A DNA stretch of 46,290 nucleotides from Myxococcales bacterium. Lineage in GTDB: Bacteria > Myxococcota > Myxococcia > Myxococcales > 40CM-4-68-19. Position 1 is the stretch's first letter; the number at the start of each line of letters is the position of its first letter. This document shows positions 13,713-23,436 of this stretch, piece by piece. A model generated the notes under the pieces. That model worked only from the letters and a program-made list of their open reading frames with translations. It did not search any database and had not been told where the DNA came from. The translations under genes and the position numbers were made by a program. The DNA lies in the NCBI GenBank assembly GCA_035655715.1, contig DASRTX010000197.1, positions 1-46,290 of the forward strand, given 5' to 3'.

Positions 13713-14666
13713 ATGAGCGTACTGGTCGTCGGCAGCGTAGCCCTGGACTCGGTCGAAACTCCCTTCGGCGTCCGCGAGAACCTGCTCGGCGGAAGCGCCA
13801 CCTACTTCGCCGCGGCGGCGAGCCTGCTCACCGACGTCTCGGTGGTCGGCGTGATCGGCGAGGACTTTCCGGCGCAGGAGCTCGCGTTCCTGCGAGAACG
13901 CGGCGTATCGCTGGACGGGCTGGAACGAAAGCAGGGGAGGACGTTTCGCTGGAAGGGCAAATACGGCTTCGACCTCAACTCTCCGGAAACGCTCGACACG
14001 CAGCTCAACGTCTTCGCCGACTTCGACCCCAGGCTGAACGAGCGGCAACGCGAGGCGGAGCGGCTCTTCCTGGGAAACATCGATCCGGTCCTGCAGATCC
14101 GCGTGCTCGATCAGGTGCGCAAGCCGGCGCTCATCTGCGCCGACACGATGAACTACTGGATCTCCTCGAAGCGCGAGACCTTGCTGCGCCTGTTGCCGCG
14201 CCTGGACGTGCTCCTGATCAACGATGGCGAAGTCCGGCAGCTCGCCGGCGAGGCCAACGTGGTGAAGGCCGGGCGCGCCGCGCTGCGCATGGGTGCCAGG
14301 GCGGTGGTGGTGAAGCGCGGCGAGTACGGCGCGCTCTTGATGACCGCGGACCACAGCTTCTACGCGCCGGCATTCCCGGTCGCCGATGTCGTCGACCCCA
14401 CCGGCGCGGGCGACAGCTTCGCCGGCGGCTTCGTCGGGCTGCTCGATCGGCTCGATGCGCACGAGCCCGACATGCTACGGCAGGCGACCGTGATGGGTTC
14501 CACGGTCGCCTCCTTCACCGTAGAGCAATTCTCGCTCGACCGGCTCCGCTCGCTGGACCTGGCGCAGGTCGAGGCGCGCTTCGGGGAATTCGGGCGCCTG
14601 ACGGCATTTGCCGGGCTTCAACTGACCCGCGGCGCCATCCCGTTGAGAGCCTGTACGGCCCTCTAG
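13713..14666 (+). CDS. PfkB-family kinase, adenosine kinase-like by context
   Basis: DPTGAGDSFAGGF anion-hole motif and PfkB N-terminal pattern. GGAG RBS before ATG 13713. Lies immediately downstream of metH in a methyl-cycle cluster. Confidence 0.8.
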   Translation: MSVLVVGSVALDSVETPFGVRENLLGGSATYFAAAASLLTDVSVVGVIGEDFPAQELAFLRERGVSLDGLERKQGRTFRWKGKYGFDLNSPETLDTQLNVFADFDPRLNERQREAERLFLGNIDPVLQIRVLDQVRKPALICADTMNYWISSKRETLLRLLPRLDVLLINDGEVRQLAGEANVVKAGRAALRMGARAVVVKRGEYGALLMTADHSFYAPAFPVADVVDPTGAGDSFAGGFVGLLDRLDAHEPDMLRQATVMGSTVASFTVEQFSLDRLRSLDLAQVEARFGEFGRLTAFAGLQLTRGAIPLRACTAL

Positions 14667-15784
14667 GCTCTTCCTTCTTTGGCGCGGAAGCGCCGGCGCA
14701 TCAACAGCACGACCAGGCCGATGGCGATCCATGCCGATTGCGCCCGCGTGCTGGAGCATCCGGAGCCGAGGGTGGCCGCGCCGACCTGCGGCGGAGCCGC
14801 GTCAGGCGAAGGTTCCGGGACCGGGGTGGCGGGGGGCTGGTCCGGGCCTGCGCCGGGCGCCGGAGGAGGCGGAGGCGGGGGCGGGGGAGGGGCCTCGGGC
14901 TGGGTGCCCCAGGGGCGCTCAGCGAGCACGTCGTCCATCGTCTTGCCGATGATGAAGCCGTCCAGGTACGCCACCGACGGCGATCCTCCCGCTCCATAGA
15001 CTGGCGTTCCATCGGGCCACCGCAGGCCAGGGTCGCCGATGTGGACGTTGCGGTACAGGCCCGCACACAGATAGTTGCGCATGCCCGGATACATGTTCGA
15101 TCCGTAGTGCTTCGGCAGCACGTTCACGCCGTCCACCCAGATCTCCAGGAACCCGGTGTTGGAGTCGGGCGACCAGAGCGCGTGCACGACGAAGTCCGTC
15201 CAATGGCCGCGCTGGAGATCGGCGAGCTTGATGGTCTCGCGGCACGCGCTGGTCGCCTGGTCCACCAGGCAGAGGAAGTATTTGCTGTCGTCGGCGCCGA
15301 TGTAGAGCGGAGCCGAACCGGTCTCCACCCCGCCGTTGGCGTCGTGATGCCATTCAACCAGCCAGCCGCCAATAGAATACGCGTTGGGGAAGTCGGCGAG
15401 CTGGTCCCACTTGGGATACTTGCCCACCCATTCGTCGGGCAACATCGATTGCCAGCGGTACCATTTCTCGGTGCCCGCGGTTTCCCAGAGCGTGGAGGGA
15501 CCGGTGAGCAGGCTGCGCTCGTCGGAATACCCGCCATAAACGTCGCCGAACTTCACCTCGATGCGCGCGGCGTATCCGCCCTGCGCGACGGGGCTCTGCA
15601 CGGCCTGGATCTGCTGGGGCCGGATGGTCTGGCTCCGGCACCACTGATTCTGTCCGGCGGTGCAGTTGCCGCTCATCGCCGCCGCGCCACTCTCGAAATC
15701 GCCCTTCCACACCACGCCCGACGTCGTCTGGGCAACTGCCGCGAAGGGAACTGCTGCAACCGCAAGCACGAAGAGGTTCCTCAA
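14663..15784 (-). CDS. Secreted polysaccharide-lyase-fold protein (heparin lyase I / PF14099-like) with a Pro-rich linker and MYXO-CTERM anchor
   Basis: Signal peptide, then VVWKGDFESG...SDERSLL...WHHD...GFLEIWVDG pattern. A P11 tract is followed by GSGCSSTRAQSAWIAIGLVVLLMRRRFR, which resembles the MYXO-CTERM tripartite tail. Confidence 0.7.
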   Translation of the reverse strand: MRNLFVLAVAAVPFAAVAQTTSGVVWKGDFESGAAAMSGNCTAGQNQWCRSQTIRPQQIQAVQSPVAQGGYAARIEVKFGDVYGGYSDERSLLTGPSTLWETAGTEKWYRWQSMLPDEWVGKYPKWDQLADFPNAYSIGGWLVEWHHDANGGVETGSAPLYIGADDSKYFLCLVDQATSACRETIKLADLQRGHWTDFVVHALWSPDSNTGFLEIWVDGVNVLPKHYGSNMYPGMRNYLCAGLYRNVHIGDPGLRWPDGTPVYGAGGSPSVAYLDGFIIGKTMDDVLAERPWGTQPEAPPPPPPPPPPAPGAGPDQPPATPVPEPSPDAAPPQVGAATLGSGCSSTRAQSAWIAIGLVVLLMRRRFRAKEGRA

Positions 15785-16246
15785 TGGCTGTCTCCTTGGC
15801 TGCCAACATGGCTGTCGTCAGGTCGGAAACCGGTGGGGCAGGCTGCTTCTTCCCCGCCAGGGAGCGAGTCGAGGGCCTGCCTGTCGAGCACACCGGACTA
15901 CCTCCGCGCACCTGGGCCGGCGACGCTCGTACAGTCCGCGGAAGTTCTGTTCCCAGGGAAAGAGAGCGTCGATGGGAGCGCATCGATCGATCGCGCGAGA
16001 AAAGAGTGCAATTGTGCAGGGAAAAGATTCCGATTGGATGGGCAATCGATTTCGGTACCAAGCAACGCGCTGGATGCACGGCGACTTCCGCGCGCCGCCC
16101 CTCATATAGGAATCATTGAATGTACCGGCTTGTATCCCCAATCACCCGTGGTGATCTTCGATCGCTGCGGGGTGCGCGCACGTCGGCGCCACCGCATTGC
16201 AGTTCCAGCGAGGCTGGGCCGCGCCCGCGGTCCAGAGAGGAAACCA

Positions 16247-19200
16247 ATGCCATCATCGATCCGACAGCCAGACATCCTCTGGAGGCGCACCACCCTGTGC
16301 ACGACAACCCTCTTCGCCGCGGCGCTCGTCGTCTGCGGCGGCGCCGGCGAGGCTGCCGCCGCGCTCCGCTGGAGCGCGCAGTACGGCACCAAGCTCGACC
16401 TGTCGCAGTGGACGCGCCTCGATTGCGGAGGGACGGGGGGTTCATGCCCGTGCCTGCCGAATTTTGCCGCCGGACGGTGCGACCCGCTCTCCTCCACCAC
16501 CTCCAGCAGCCACGCCATGCCGAACCCGATCGCGCCCGGAGCGGGAAGCCGGATGCAGGTGGTGCCCGATCCGGCCGGGTCCGCCGACAAGGTGCTGCGT
16601 GTGCAGCTGCGCCCCGGGGATGCCTTCAACGACTCGCAGTCCGTGACCACCAGGGTCGAGATGGCGCACCCCAGCTCCACCGGGCAATTCAGCCAGTTCG
16701 TCAGGGGAGACGACTTCTACTTCGCCTTCAGCATCTACCTGCCCAGCGCCTCTTTCGACCACTGGAACTGCACCAACACGGCGCCTTCTCCGCTGCCGCC
16801 GTCATATGACGGCCGCTGCCCCAACGGGGTTCCGGATGCTCCGTCGGGAAAATACTCCGCGTGGAACGTGATCACGCAATGGCACGGCCCGGGCGGTCCT
16901 GACTTCGCGATGCACCTGCAGCGGCTCTACGAGAGCACCACGCAGCAGTATCAGATGTACCTGAGCAGCTTCGACGGGTTCATCTGGCACGACACCGGCG
17001 ACCCGAGCAAGGGAGGGGCCGTCTTCACCAATACCTGGTATCACTTCATCATCCACATCGTCTTCAATACTCCCGGCACCATGGAGGTGTGGAAGGCGAT
17101 GGGCAACGGTCCGTTCGTCAAGCAGACGATGAATGGCGGCCATGACGACCACATCCCGGGCTCCTATCTCGTGAACTGTCAGTCGGTCAGTCCGGACGGG
17201 ACCGTTTGCACCACCAACACGCTCGATACGACCAACGCGCCGCTCCAAGTCTACATGAAACAGGGTCATTATCGAAATCCTACCCTCACCGATTCGACGG
17301 AGCTCTTCTACAACCACACCGCTTACGGCGATACCTTCAACGACGTCGCGGCGCTGTTCGCGTCGAATCCCGACTTCGCGCTCGGCGTATCCCCGTCCAG
17401 CGTGACCTCTTCCGCCGGCGCCTCGGCCACCGCTACGGCCACCGTGACGGCGCAGAGCGGCTTCACCGGCACGGTGTCCCTCTCCGCTTCGGGCGTGCCC
17501 GCGGGCGCCACGGCCAGTTTCACTCCCGCCTCGGTGGCTGGCTCCGGATCCTCGACGCTGACGCTGGCCCCGGGCACCGCCGCCGCCGGGACCTATACCG
17601 TCAACGTGACGGGAACCAGTGGAACGATCTCGCATTCCTCGGCGGTCAGTTGGACGATCAGCACCGGCGGTCCGAACCCCGCGGTGTCGAGCCTGAGCGA
17701 CAGCCTGGGCGGCGCCACCGTCGATTCGACGAAATGGGCGACGCCTGTGCAGACGCTCGGTACCGTGACCGAGGGCGGCGGCTTCCTCCATCTCACGCCC
17801 AATTCCGGCACCGGCAGCGCCCAGGTCTACGTGCAATCGAGCGGGCTATACTCGCTGATCGGCTCCGCGGCTTACGTGAAGGTGCCGCAGGTGGTGGCCG
17901 CCGACGGGGCCGTGGACAACAACCTCGCGCTCGTGCAGGACGCCGCCAACGCGGTGGCCTGGTGGTACAGCGCCGGAACCCTCACCGCGACGCGGACCAC
18001 GGCCAACGTCAAGACCACCGTCGTGAGCGTGCCTTATTCCGCGTCTACACACGCGTGGTGGCGCATCCGGGAATCTGGCGGCACGGTCTCCTGGGACACC
18101 TCGCCGGACGGCCAGACCTGGACGACGCAAGGGACCACGCCCACCGGCAACGTCGCCTACGTGAGCGCGGTCCGGCCGATGTTCTACGCCGAGACCAGCG
18201 GAGCCGGCTCGGCGAGCCCGGGCGAAGCGCGCTACTCGAACTTCAACGTCCCGCCGGCAACCACCTGCACGCCCGCGAACCCAGCGGTGGCCACGCTGAG
18301 CGACACGTTCGGCGGCGCCGGCATCGACAGCACCAAGTGGGCGCCGGTGCAGCAGACCCTGGGCACTGTCACCGAGTCGGGAGGCTTCCTGCACCAGGCA
18401 CCGAATGCCAACGTCGCCGGGGCGTCGCTTCTGCTCCAGAGCAACGGGACCTACTCGCTGGTGGGTTCTGCCGCCTTCGTCAAGGCTGCACAGATGGTGG
18501 GAAATGGCGGGATCGACACCAACTTCACGCTCTTGACCGACAGCTCGAACCTCGTCTCCTGGTACTACGAGAACGGATCCTTGCACGCGCGCAAGGTCGT
18601 GGCGGGCGTCGATACGACGCTGGCGACGGCCGCGTACTCGGCGACGACGCACGCCTGGTTGCGGCTTCGCGAGAGCGGCGGGACCGTATTCTGGGAGACC
18701 TCGCCCGATGGCACGACGTGGTCCGCCCTGGTGTCCGCGCCGACCACCAGCGTTCCGTTCGTCTGTGGGGGGAAGGTCGTCTTCTTCACCGAGACCTGGG
18801 GCACGGGTTCCGCGTCGCCCGGCGAGGCGCGCTACGCCAACCTGAACACCGCCGCGGGAAACGGAACCCAGCCCGTCTCCTCGCTCTCCGACGCCTTTGC
18901 GGGAACCACCGTCGACACGACGAAGTGGACGGTTTCAGCGACAGGCGGGACCACCACGGAGGGCGGCGGGTCGCTCAACATGGCTCCTACCGTGAGCACT
19001 CCCACCACCAGGCTGGCCGTCACCAGCGTCTCCAAGTACACGCTGACGAACTCGCAGATGCAGGTGAAGTTGACCAGCGTCCCGCAGGGTAGCATCAACA
19101 CCAGATTCGCCTTGCTCAACTCGACCAACGAGGACATGGGCTTCTGGATCGAGCAGGGGACCGTGTACTGCTACTACTTCGTGGGCGCGACGGAAATGGA

Positions 19201-19435
19201 CGTCGCCGTGCTCACGTATTCTCCGACGGCCTTTGCTTGGATGCGGGTCCGGCACGACGGAACCACCGTGTTCTGGGAGACGTCCCCCGACGGGGTGACG
19301 TGGACGGTCCAGGGATCGATCGCCAAGACCTCGATCTCGTACGCGGACGCGGCGATGAACCTGAAAATCAGCGTCAGTGGCTTCGGCACCGGCGCCAGCA
19401 GCACCACGCCGGCGAAGTACCTGAACCTGAACTGA
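16247..19435 (+). CDS. Large secreted protein: polysaccharide-lyase-fold N-domain, Ig-like domain and three tandem ConA/LamG-like modules
   Basis: ATG 16247 lies 6 nt after AGAGAGG. Signal anchor TTLFAAALVVCGGAGEAAA. N-domain pattern RVEMAHP...ITQWHGPG...TNTWYHFIIHIVF...GHYRN. The listed ORF start at 14738 is a run-on antisense to the previous gene. Confidence 0.75.
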   Translation: MPSSIRQPDILWRRTTLCTTTLFAAALVVCGGAGEAAAALRWSAQYGTKLDLSQWTRLDCGGTGGSCPCLPNFAAGRCDPLSSTTSSSHAMPNPIAPGAGSRMQVVPDPAGSADKVLRVQLRPGDAFNDSQSVTTRVEMAHPSSTGQFSQFVRGDDFYFAFSIYLPSASFDHWNCTNTAPSPLPPSYDGRCPNGVPDAPSGKYSAWNVITQWHGPGGPDFAMHLQRLYESTTQQYQMYLSSFDGFIWHDTGDPSKGGAVFTNTWYHFIIHIVFNTPGTMEVWKAMGNGPFVKQTMNGGHDDHIPGSYLVNCQSVSPDGTVCTTNTLDTTNAPLQVYMKQGHYRNPTLTDSTELFYNHTAYGDTFNDVAALFASNPDFALGVSPSSVTSSAGASATATATVTAQSGFTGTVSLSASGVPAGATASFTPASVAGSGSSTLTLAPGTAAAGTYTVNVTGTSGTISHSSAVSWTISTGGPNPAVSSLSDSLGGATVDSTKWATPVQTLGTVTEGGGFLHLTPNSGTGSAQVYVQSSGLYSLIGSAAYVKVPQVVAADGAVDNNLALVQDAANAVAWWYSAGTLTATRTTANVKTTVVSVPYSASTHAWWRIRESGGTVSWDTSPDGQTWTTQGTTPTGNVAYVSAVRPMFYAETSGAGSASPGEARYSNFNVPPATTCTPANPAVATLSDTFGGAGIDSTKWAPVQQTLGTVTESGGFLHQAPNANVAGASLLLQSNGTYSLVGSAAFVKAAQMVGNGGIDTNFTLLTDSSNLVSWYYENGSLHARKVVAGVDTTLATAAYSATTHAWLRLRESGGTVFWETSPDGTTWSALVSAPTTSVPFVCGGKVVFFTETWGTGSASPGEARYANLNTAAGNGTQPVSSLSDAFAGTTVDTTKWTVSATGGTTTEGGGSLNMAPTVSTPTTRLAVTSVSKYTLTNSQMQVKLTSVPQGSINTRFALLNSTNEDMGFWIEQGTVYCYYFVGATEMDVAVLTYSPTAFAWMRVRHDGTTVFWETSPDGVTWTVQGSIAKTSISYADAAMNLKISVSGFGTGASSTTPAKYLNLN
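17681..19432 (+). repeat. Three tandem intragenic modules of about 190-200 aa
   Basis: Each unit starts V(S/A)(S/T)LSD.F.G..(V/I)D.TKW, contains THAW.R.RESGGTV.W.TSPDG.TW and ends GEARY.N.N. Unit starts are near 17681, 18284 and 18873. Confidence 0.8.
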
Positions 19436-19446
19436 CCTGCAGGGCA

Positions 19447-19478
19447 GGGGGCCCGGCTGGTCCGGGCTCCCGTTTGTT
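19447..19478 (+). terminator. Intrinsic terminator-like hairpin between convergent genes
   Basis: GGGGGCCCGG-ctggt-CCGGGCTCCC (10-bp stem with one G-U pair) followed by GTTTGTT. It sits between the stop at 19435 and the minus-strand stop at 19478. Confidence 0.55.
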
Positions 19479-20329
19479 CAGTGAAGCTGCGGCGCGCGAC
19501 CGTGCAGCACGGCCATCCCTCCCAAGCGCTCCAGGACCGGCAACCTCAGGAGGGCTGCGTCGACGAGCGCCAGCGCGTCGGACGCCAGCTTGCGGGAACG
19601 GGTAGCGCGCTCGTAGCTGAAGTCGGGGATCACGAAGCGCGTCAGCCGGCCGAGGAAGGCGTAATGGCGCTTCCGCAGGCCGGGTACGTGGCGCGCGATG
19701 ATGTCCAGCTCGCCTTGCTCCAGCGGCCGCTCCCCGGGCGTGTGCTCGGTGTGCACCGGGACGAGGAAGCGGATGCGGCGGAGCGTCCGATTCAGGTTGA
19801 CCGGCTCGATGAAGATGACGAGCCCGCCGGGCCTGGCAGAGCGGACGATCGCGGCGAGCGATTCGTCGAGCACCGGAATGAGATGGTGCAGGATGTTGTC
19901 TCCCCAGATGACGTCGTAGTGCCGTTCGGGGAGCGCGGCGATCTCGAGAGGCGAACAGAGGAAGTCGGTCGATCGCTCGAGCCCGCTCAATTTCGCGCGG
20001 GCGCGGGCCAGCTCCACGGCGTGCGGCGAGACGTCGAGTCCCGTCACCCGTGCGCCGAGGCTGGCGAGCAGCAGCGAATTCTCGCCTTCTCCACACCCCA
20101 CGTCGAGCACGGTCTTTCCACGAAGATCGCCGATCAGCCGGTAACAGAATTCCTTTGCGTAGAGGCGGCCTGGCGAACGGTATCGCTCGATCACCTCGCG
20201 CGCGATCGGACCGAACTCCTCTGCCGTCTTCCGGCCTGCGAACCGGTCGAAGAACTCGGCTTCCTTATCCCAGCGCGTCTGATCCGCGATCCGCTGCGGA
20301 GGATTCGTCGCTTGCATCGGATGCTCCAT
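19478..20329 (-). CDS. Class I SAM-dependent methyltransferase (paralog M2)
   Basis: LDVGCGEGENS motif and the same C-terminal extension as 5785..6603. Start uncertain: ATG at 20329 or 20317, or the ORF start at 20401 only 28 nt after the korB stop. Confidence 0.85.
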   Translation of the reverse strand: MEHPMQATNPPQRIADQTRWDKEAEFFDRFAGRKTAEEFGPIAREVIERYRSPGRLYAKEFCYRLIGDLRGKTVLDVGCGEGENSLLLASLGARVTGLDVSPHAVELARARAKLSGLERSTDFLCSPLEIAALPERHYDVIWGDNILHHLIPVLDESLAAIVRSARPGGLVIFIEPVNLNRTLRRIRFLVPVHTEHTPGERPLEQGELDIIARHVPGLRKRHYAFLGRLTRFVIPDFSYERATRSRKLASDALALVDAALLRLPVLERLGGMAVLHGRAPQLH

Positions 20330-20429
20330 GGCCGTCCGGCCTACTGCCGAACTTGCGCACCTCCGCTTGCCGCGGCAACTTCGGTTGGGCGCCTGCGACA
20401 CCTGCGCGGGCAGTGCCCACCAGCGCCCT

Positions 20430-21353
20430 CTAGAGAAGCTCTTCGACCAGGGCGCGGGCGTTCTCCCTCGACACCTCGAGGGGCTGCCGTGCCAGCGCGC
20501 CTTCGGCGAGCACCGGCTCCAACTCGTCGAGCGCCGGCACCCCGTCCTTCCGGTAGAAGAGCCCGATGGGGATGCTGTCTCCCCACTGGCTGCCCAGATC
20601 GAAGGCGGCGCGCGGGTCGGCCGGATCGTGGCCCATCTCCTCCAGCTTGCGGGTGCGCTGCTTGAAGAACTCGTGCGTGTTCTCGTGGTTGTAGGTGACG
20701 CAGGGGCTGAAGACGTCCACGAAGGCGAAGCCGCGGTGCTCGATGGCGCCCTTGATCAGCCCGACCAGGTGCTTCTGTTGTCCGGAAAAGCCGCGGGCCA
20801 CGTAGGTGGCGCCGCAGGCGATCGCCATGGGGATGGGGTTGACCGCATTCTCCACGCTACCGAAGGGGGTGCTCTTGGTCTTCATCCCCTTGCGGCTGGT
20901 GGGGGAGACCTGGCCTGTGGTGAGCCCGTAGATCTGGTTGTCCATCACGATGTAGGTGAGGTCCACGTTGCGGCGCATGGAGTGGACGAAGTGGTTGCCG
21001 CCGATGCCGAAGCCGTCGCCGTCGCCGCCGGTGACCACCACTTTGAGCTGGTGGTTGCCCAGCTGCGCCCCGGTGGCGACCGCCAGCGCGCGGCCGTGCA
21101 GCGTGTGCATCCCGTAGGTGTTGATGTAGCCGGGCAGGTTGGACGAGCAGCCGATGCCGCTGACGGTGAGCACCTCGTGCGGCAGGAGCCCCAGCTCGGC
21201 CACCGCGGTCTTGAGCGCGTTGAGGACGCCGAAGTCTCCACAGCCGGGGCACCAGTCCGGGTCGGCCTTGCCCTTGAAGTCCTTGACGGTGAGCGACGGG
21301 CGGCGCGGCTTTGCAGCGGGTTGCGTCCTCGGCTCGATCTGCATCTCCCCCAT
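20430..21353 (-). CDS. korB: 2-oxoacid (2-oxoglutarate):ferredoxin oxidoreductase, beta subunit
   Basis: DWCPGCGDFG, ThDP-binding GGDGDGFGIGGNH and MDNQIYGLTTGQ. Confidence 0.9.
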   Translation of the reverse strand: MGEMQIEPRTQPAAKPRRPSLTVKDFKGKADPDWCPGCGDFGVLNALKTAVAELGLLPHEVLTVSGIGCSSNLPGYINTYGMHTLHGRALAVATGAQLGNHQLKVVVTGGDGDGFGIGGNHFVHSMRRNVDLTYIVMDNQIYGLTTGQVSPTSRKGMKTKSTPFGSVENAVNPIPMAIACGATYVARGFSGQQKHLVGLIKGAIEHRGFAFVDVFSPCVTYNHENTHEFFKQRTRKLEEMGHDPADPRAAFDLGSQWGDSIPIGLFYRKDGVPALDELEPVLAEGALARQPLEVSRENARALVEELL

Positions 21354-21363
21354 CGGATCCTCC

Positions 21364-23148
21364 TCAGACGCGGACTTCGTGCACGGGCACGTACTTCGTG
21401 GTGCGGCCGGCGAGGATGTTCTTCACGCCGTCGGTCAGGTGGTGCGGCAGGAAAGGCTCGCCGTCGTACTTGCGGATGTGCGCGTCGGCGGCGATGCCGG
21501 TCTCCGAGCGCAGGTACCGGGCGAACTGGCCGCTGTAGTTGTTCTCCACGATGACCAGGTTGCGCGCCCCCGAGAGCATCCTGGCGATGGCCTCTGACTG
21601 CAGCGGCACCAGCCAGCGCACTTGAAGGTGGTTGGCGACGATGCCCTCAGCAGCCAACTGCTCCACCGCCTCGTCGATGACCCCTTCGGTGGAGCCCCAG
21701 CCCAGCAGCGTCACCTCCGCAGCGTCGGGGCCGGTGAAGCGCGGGGGATCCAGCAGCGGCAGGACGGCCTCCATCTTGTGGCCGCGCCGCTCCATCATCG
21801 CCTGGCGCTTGTGGGGATCGGTGAACTCGTCGCTGATCAACACGCCGTCTTCGTCGTGCTCGTCGGTGGCGACGACGTGCGCGTGACCCGGCGTGCCAGG
21901 CACGGCGCGCGGCGAGATGCCGCTCTCCGTCATCCGGTAGCGCTTGTACCCGCCAGTCACCGGATGCTCCGGTGGCGCGCCGTCCAGGCCGATGACCTCG
22001 CCGCGGTCGCGCGGCGGATTGAAGTCCAGCTCCTGGGGCTCGAAGCTCGAGAACCCCTCCGACTCGAGCAGGTCGGCCAGCACGATGCCCGGGCACTGGA
22101 ACTTGTCGGCCAGGTCGAAGATCTGGGGGATGAGATGGAAGCAGTCGCGGATGCTGGTGGGGGCGGCGATGACTCGAGGATAGTCGCCCTGGCCCGCTCC
22201 CAGCACTTGCCAGAGGTCGCCCTGCTCGGTCTTGGTGGGCACGCCCGTGGCGGGGCCGGCGCGCTGCACGTCGATGCAGACCACCGGGATCTCCATCATC
22301 GCCGCCGCGCCCAGGGCCTCCGTCATCAGCGCGAACCCGCCTCCGGAGGTGGCGCACATCGCGCGGCAGCCGGTATGCGCGGCGCCGATGGCCATGTTGA
22401 TCACGCCCAGCTCGTCCTCCACCTGCCGCACCATGATGCCGAGCTGGCGGGCGTGGCGCGCCATCCACATCAGCACTCCCGTCGAGGGACTCATCGGATA
22501 CGCGCAGTAGAACTTCACGCCGGCGGCGACGCCGCCCATGGCCAGGCTCTCGTTGCCGGTGGCGACGGCGAGCCGCTTGCCGGTGTCGGGAAGCGAGAAG
22601 GGATACGGCTCGAAGTGGGAGCCGGCGTAGTCGTAGCCCGCCCGGGCTGCCGCCACGTTCTCCGCCACGACCTTCTCGCCCTTGCGGCTGAACTGCTGCG
22701 CGAGCATCTCCTCGAAGGGCTGCAACTCGACGCGGACGAGCCGCAGCACAGCGGCCACCGCGGCCGTGTTGTAGTAGAGGACGTTCCCGGTCAGCGCCGC
22801 CAGCGGCAGCGGACAGAGCTGGACCCCTTCCGCCGGGGCATTGGGTTTGACCCGGTCGCCGTCGTAGAGGACCGCCGAGCCCTTGCGCATCAGGCCGAGG
22901 TGGCGATCCATCGCGTCCTGGTTGAGCGGGATGAGCATGTCCAGCCTGTCGCCCATGCAGCGGACGGGGTCCTGGCTGGTGCGGATGGTGAGGAAGGTGT
23001 GCCCGCCGCGGATGATGGACTGGTACGCGTTGTAGGCGTTGATGTGCAGGCCGCGCCGCGCGAAGAGCTTGGAGAGGATGTTGCCGGGCGTCGCCACGCC
23101 CTGGCCGGCGGCTCCGCCGATACCGACTGAGAAATCGATGCGGGTCAT
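21364..23148 (-). CDS. korA: 2-oxoacid (2-oxoglutarate):ferredoxin oxidoreductase, alpha subunit
   Basis: 594 aa. GGAAGQGV...IRGGHT N-terminal gamma-like domain fused to the alpha domain (YPMSPST, ATSGGGFALM). Ends 10 nt upstream of korB. Confidence 0.9.
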   Translation of the reverse strand: MTRIDFSVGIGGAAGQGVATPGNILSKLFARRGLHINAYNAYQSIIRGGHTFLTIRTSQDPVRCMGDRLDMLIPLNQDAMDRHLGLMRKGSAVLYDGDRVKPNAPAEGVQLCPLPLAALTGNVLYYNTAAVAAVLRLVRVELQPFEEMLAQQFSRKGEKVVAENVAAARAGYDYAGSHFEPYPFSLPDTGKRLAVATGNESLAMGGVAAGVKFYCAYPMSPSTGVLMWMARHARQLGIMVRQVEDELGVINMAIGAAHTGCRAMCATSGGGFALMTEALGAAAMMEIPVVCIDVQRAGPATGVPTKTEQGDLWQVLGAGQGDYPRVIAAPTSIRDCFHLIPQIFDLADKFQCPGIVLADLLESEGFSSFEPQELDFNPPRDRGEVIGLDGAPPEHPVTGGYKRYRMTESGISPRAVPGTPGHAHVVATDEHDEDGVLISDEFTDPHKRQAMMERRGHKMEAVLPLLDPPRFTGPDAAEVTLLGWGSTEGVIDEAVEQLAAEGIVANHLQVRWLVPLQSEAIARMLSGARNLVIVENNYSGQFARYLRSETGIAADAHIRKYDGEPFLPHHLTDGVKNILAGRTTKYVPVHEVRV

Positions 23149-23420
23149 GGCTCTCGGACTCCGGCTGGAGTTGATCCGCGGGGGCCGCCGAAAGGGTACG
23201 GTCGCCGGTGCGAGCCGGCCGGCAGACTAGTGAAACCGCGGCATGGCAGTCAACCCTGCCCCCTGTGGAGGTTGCCGTCCACGTCAGGCGCTGCGGTAAA
23301 TCCTCCTTGGTCCTTGGTCGTATCCAGGCTTGATTAAATACCGAATTATGATTGCACTGTAACGACCCCCGCGATCCGTTCCGTTGAAAAAACAAACATC
23401 TGGGGCGGATCTGCCCACAA

Positions 23421-23436
23421 CGGTACGGTCGTTGCA
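23421..23436 (+). promoter_or_regulatory. Sigma-54 (-24/-12) promoter candidate for CDS 23646..24803
   Basis: cGGTACGgtcgTTGCA with GG at 23422-23423 and GC at 23434-23435. It lies in a leader that aligns with 3278..3420. Confidence 0.6.

Noticed and set aside
14663-14666. CTAG shared by two convergent stop codons (PfkB kinase and the MYXO-CTERM lyase)
   Set aside because: The overlap is real, but this is a common consequence of compact gene packing. There is no further structure.
16185-16201. GGCGCCACCGCATTGCA as a sigma-54 promoter for the large lyase/lectin gene
   Set aside because: The GG-to-GC spacing is two nt too long relative to TGGCACG-N4-TTGCW.
14738-16246. 5' extension of the large lyase/lectin ORF (listed as 1565 aa)
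   Set aside because: The extension is antisense to the MYXO-CTERM lyase gene and crosses the intergenic region. An RBS-preceded ATG at 16247 followed by a signal sequence is the credible start.
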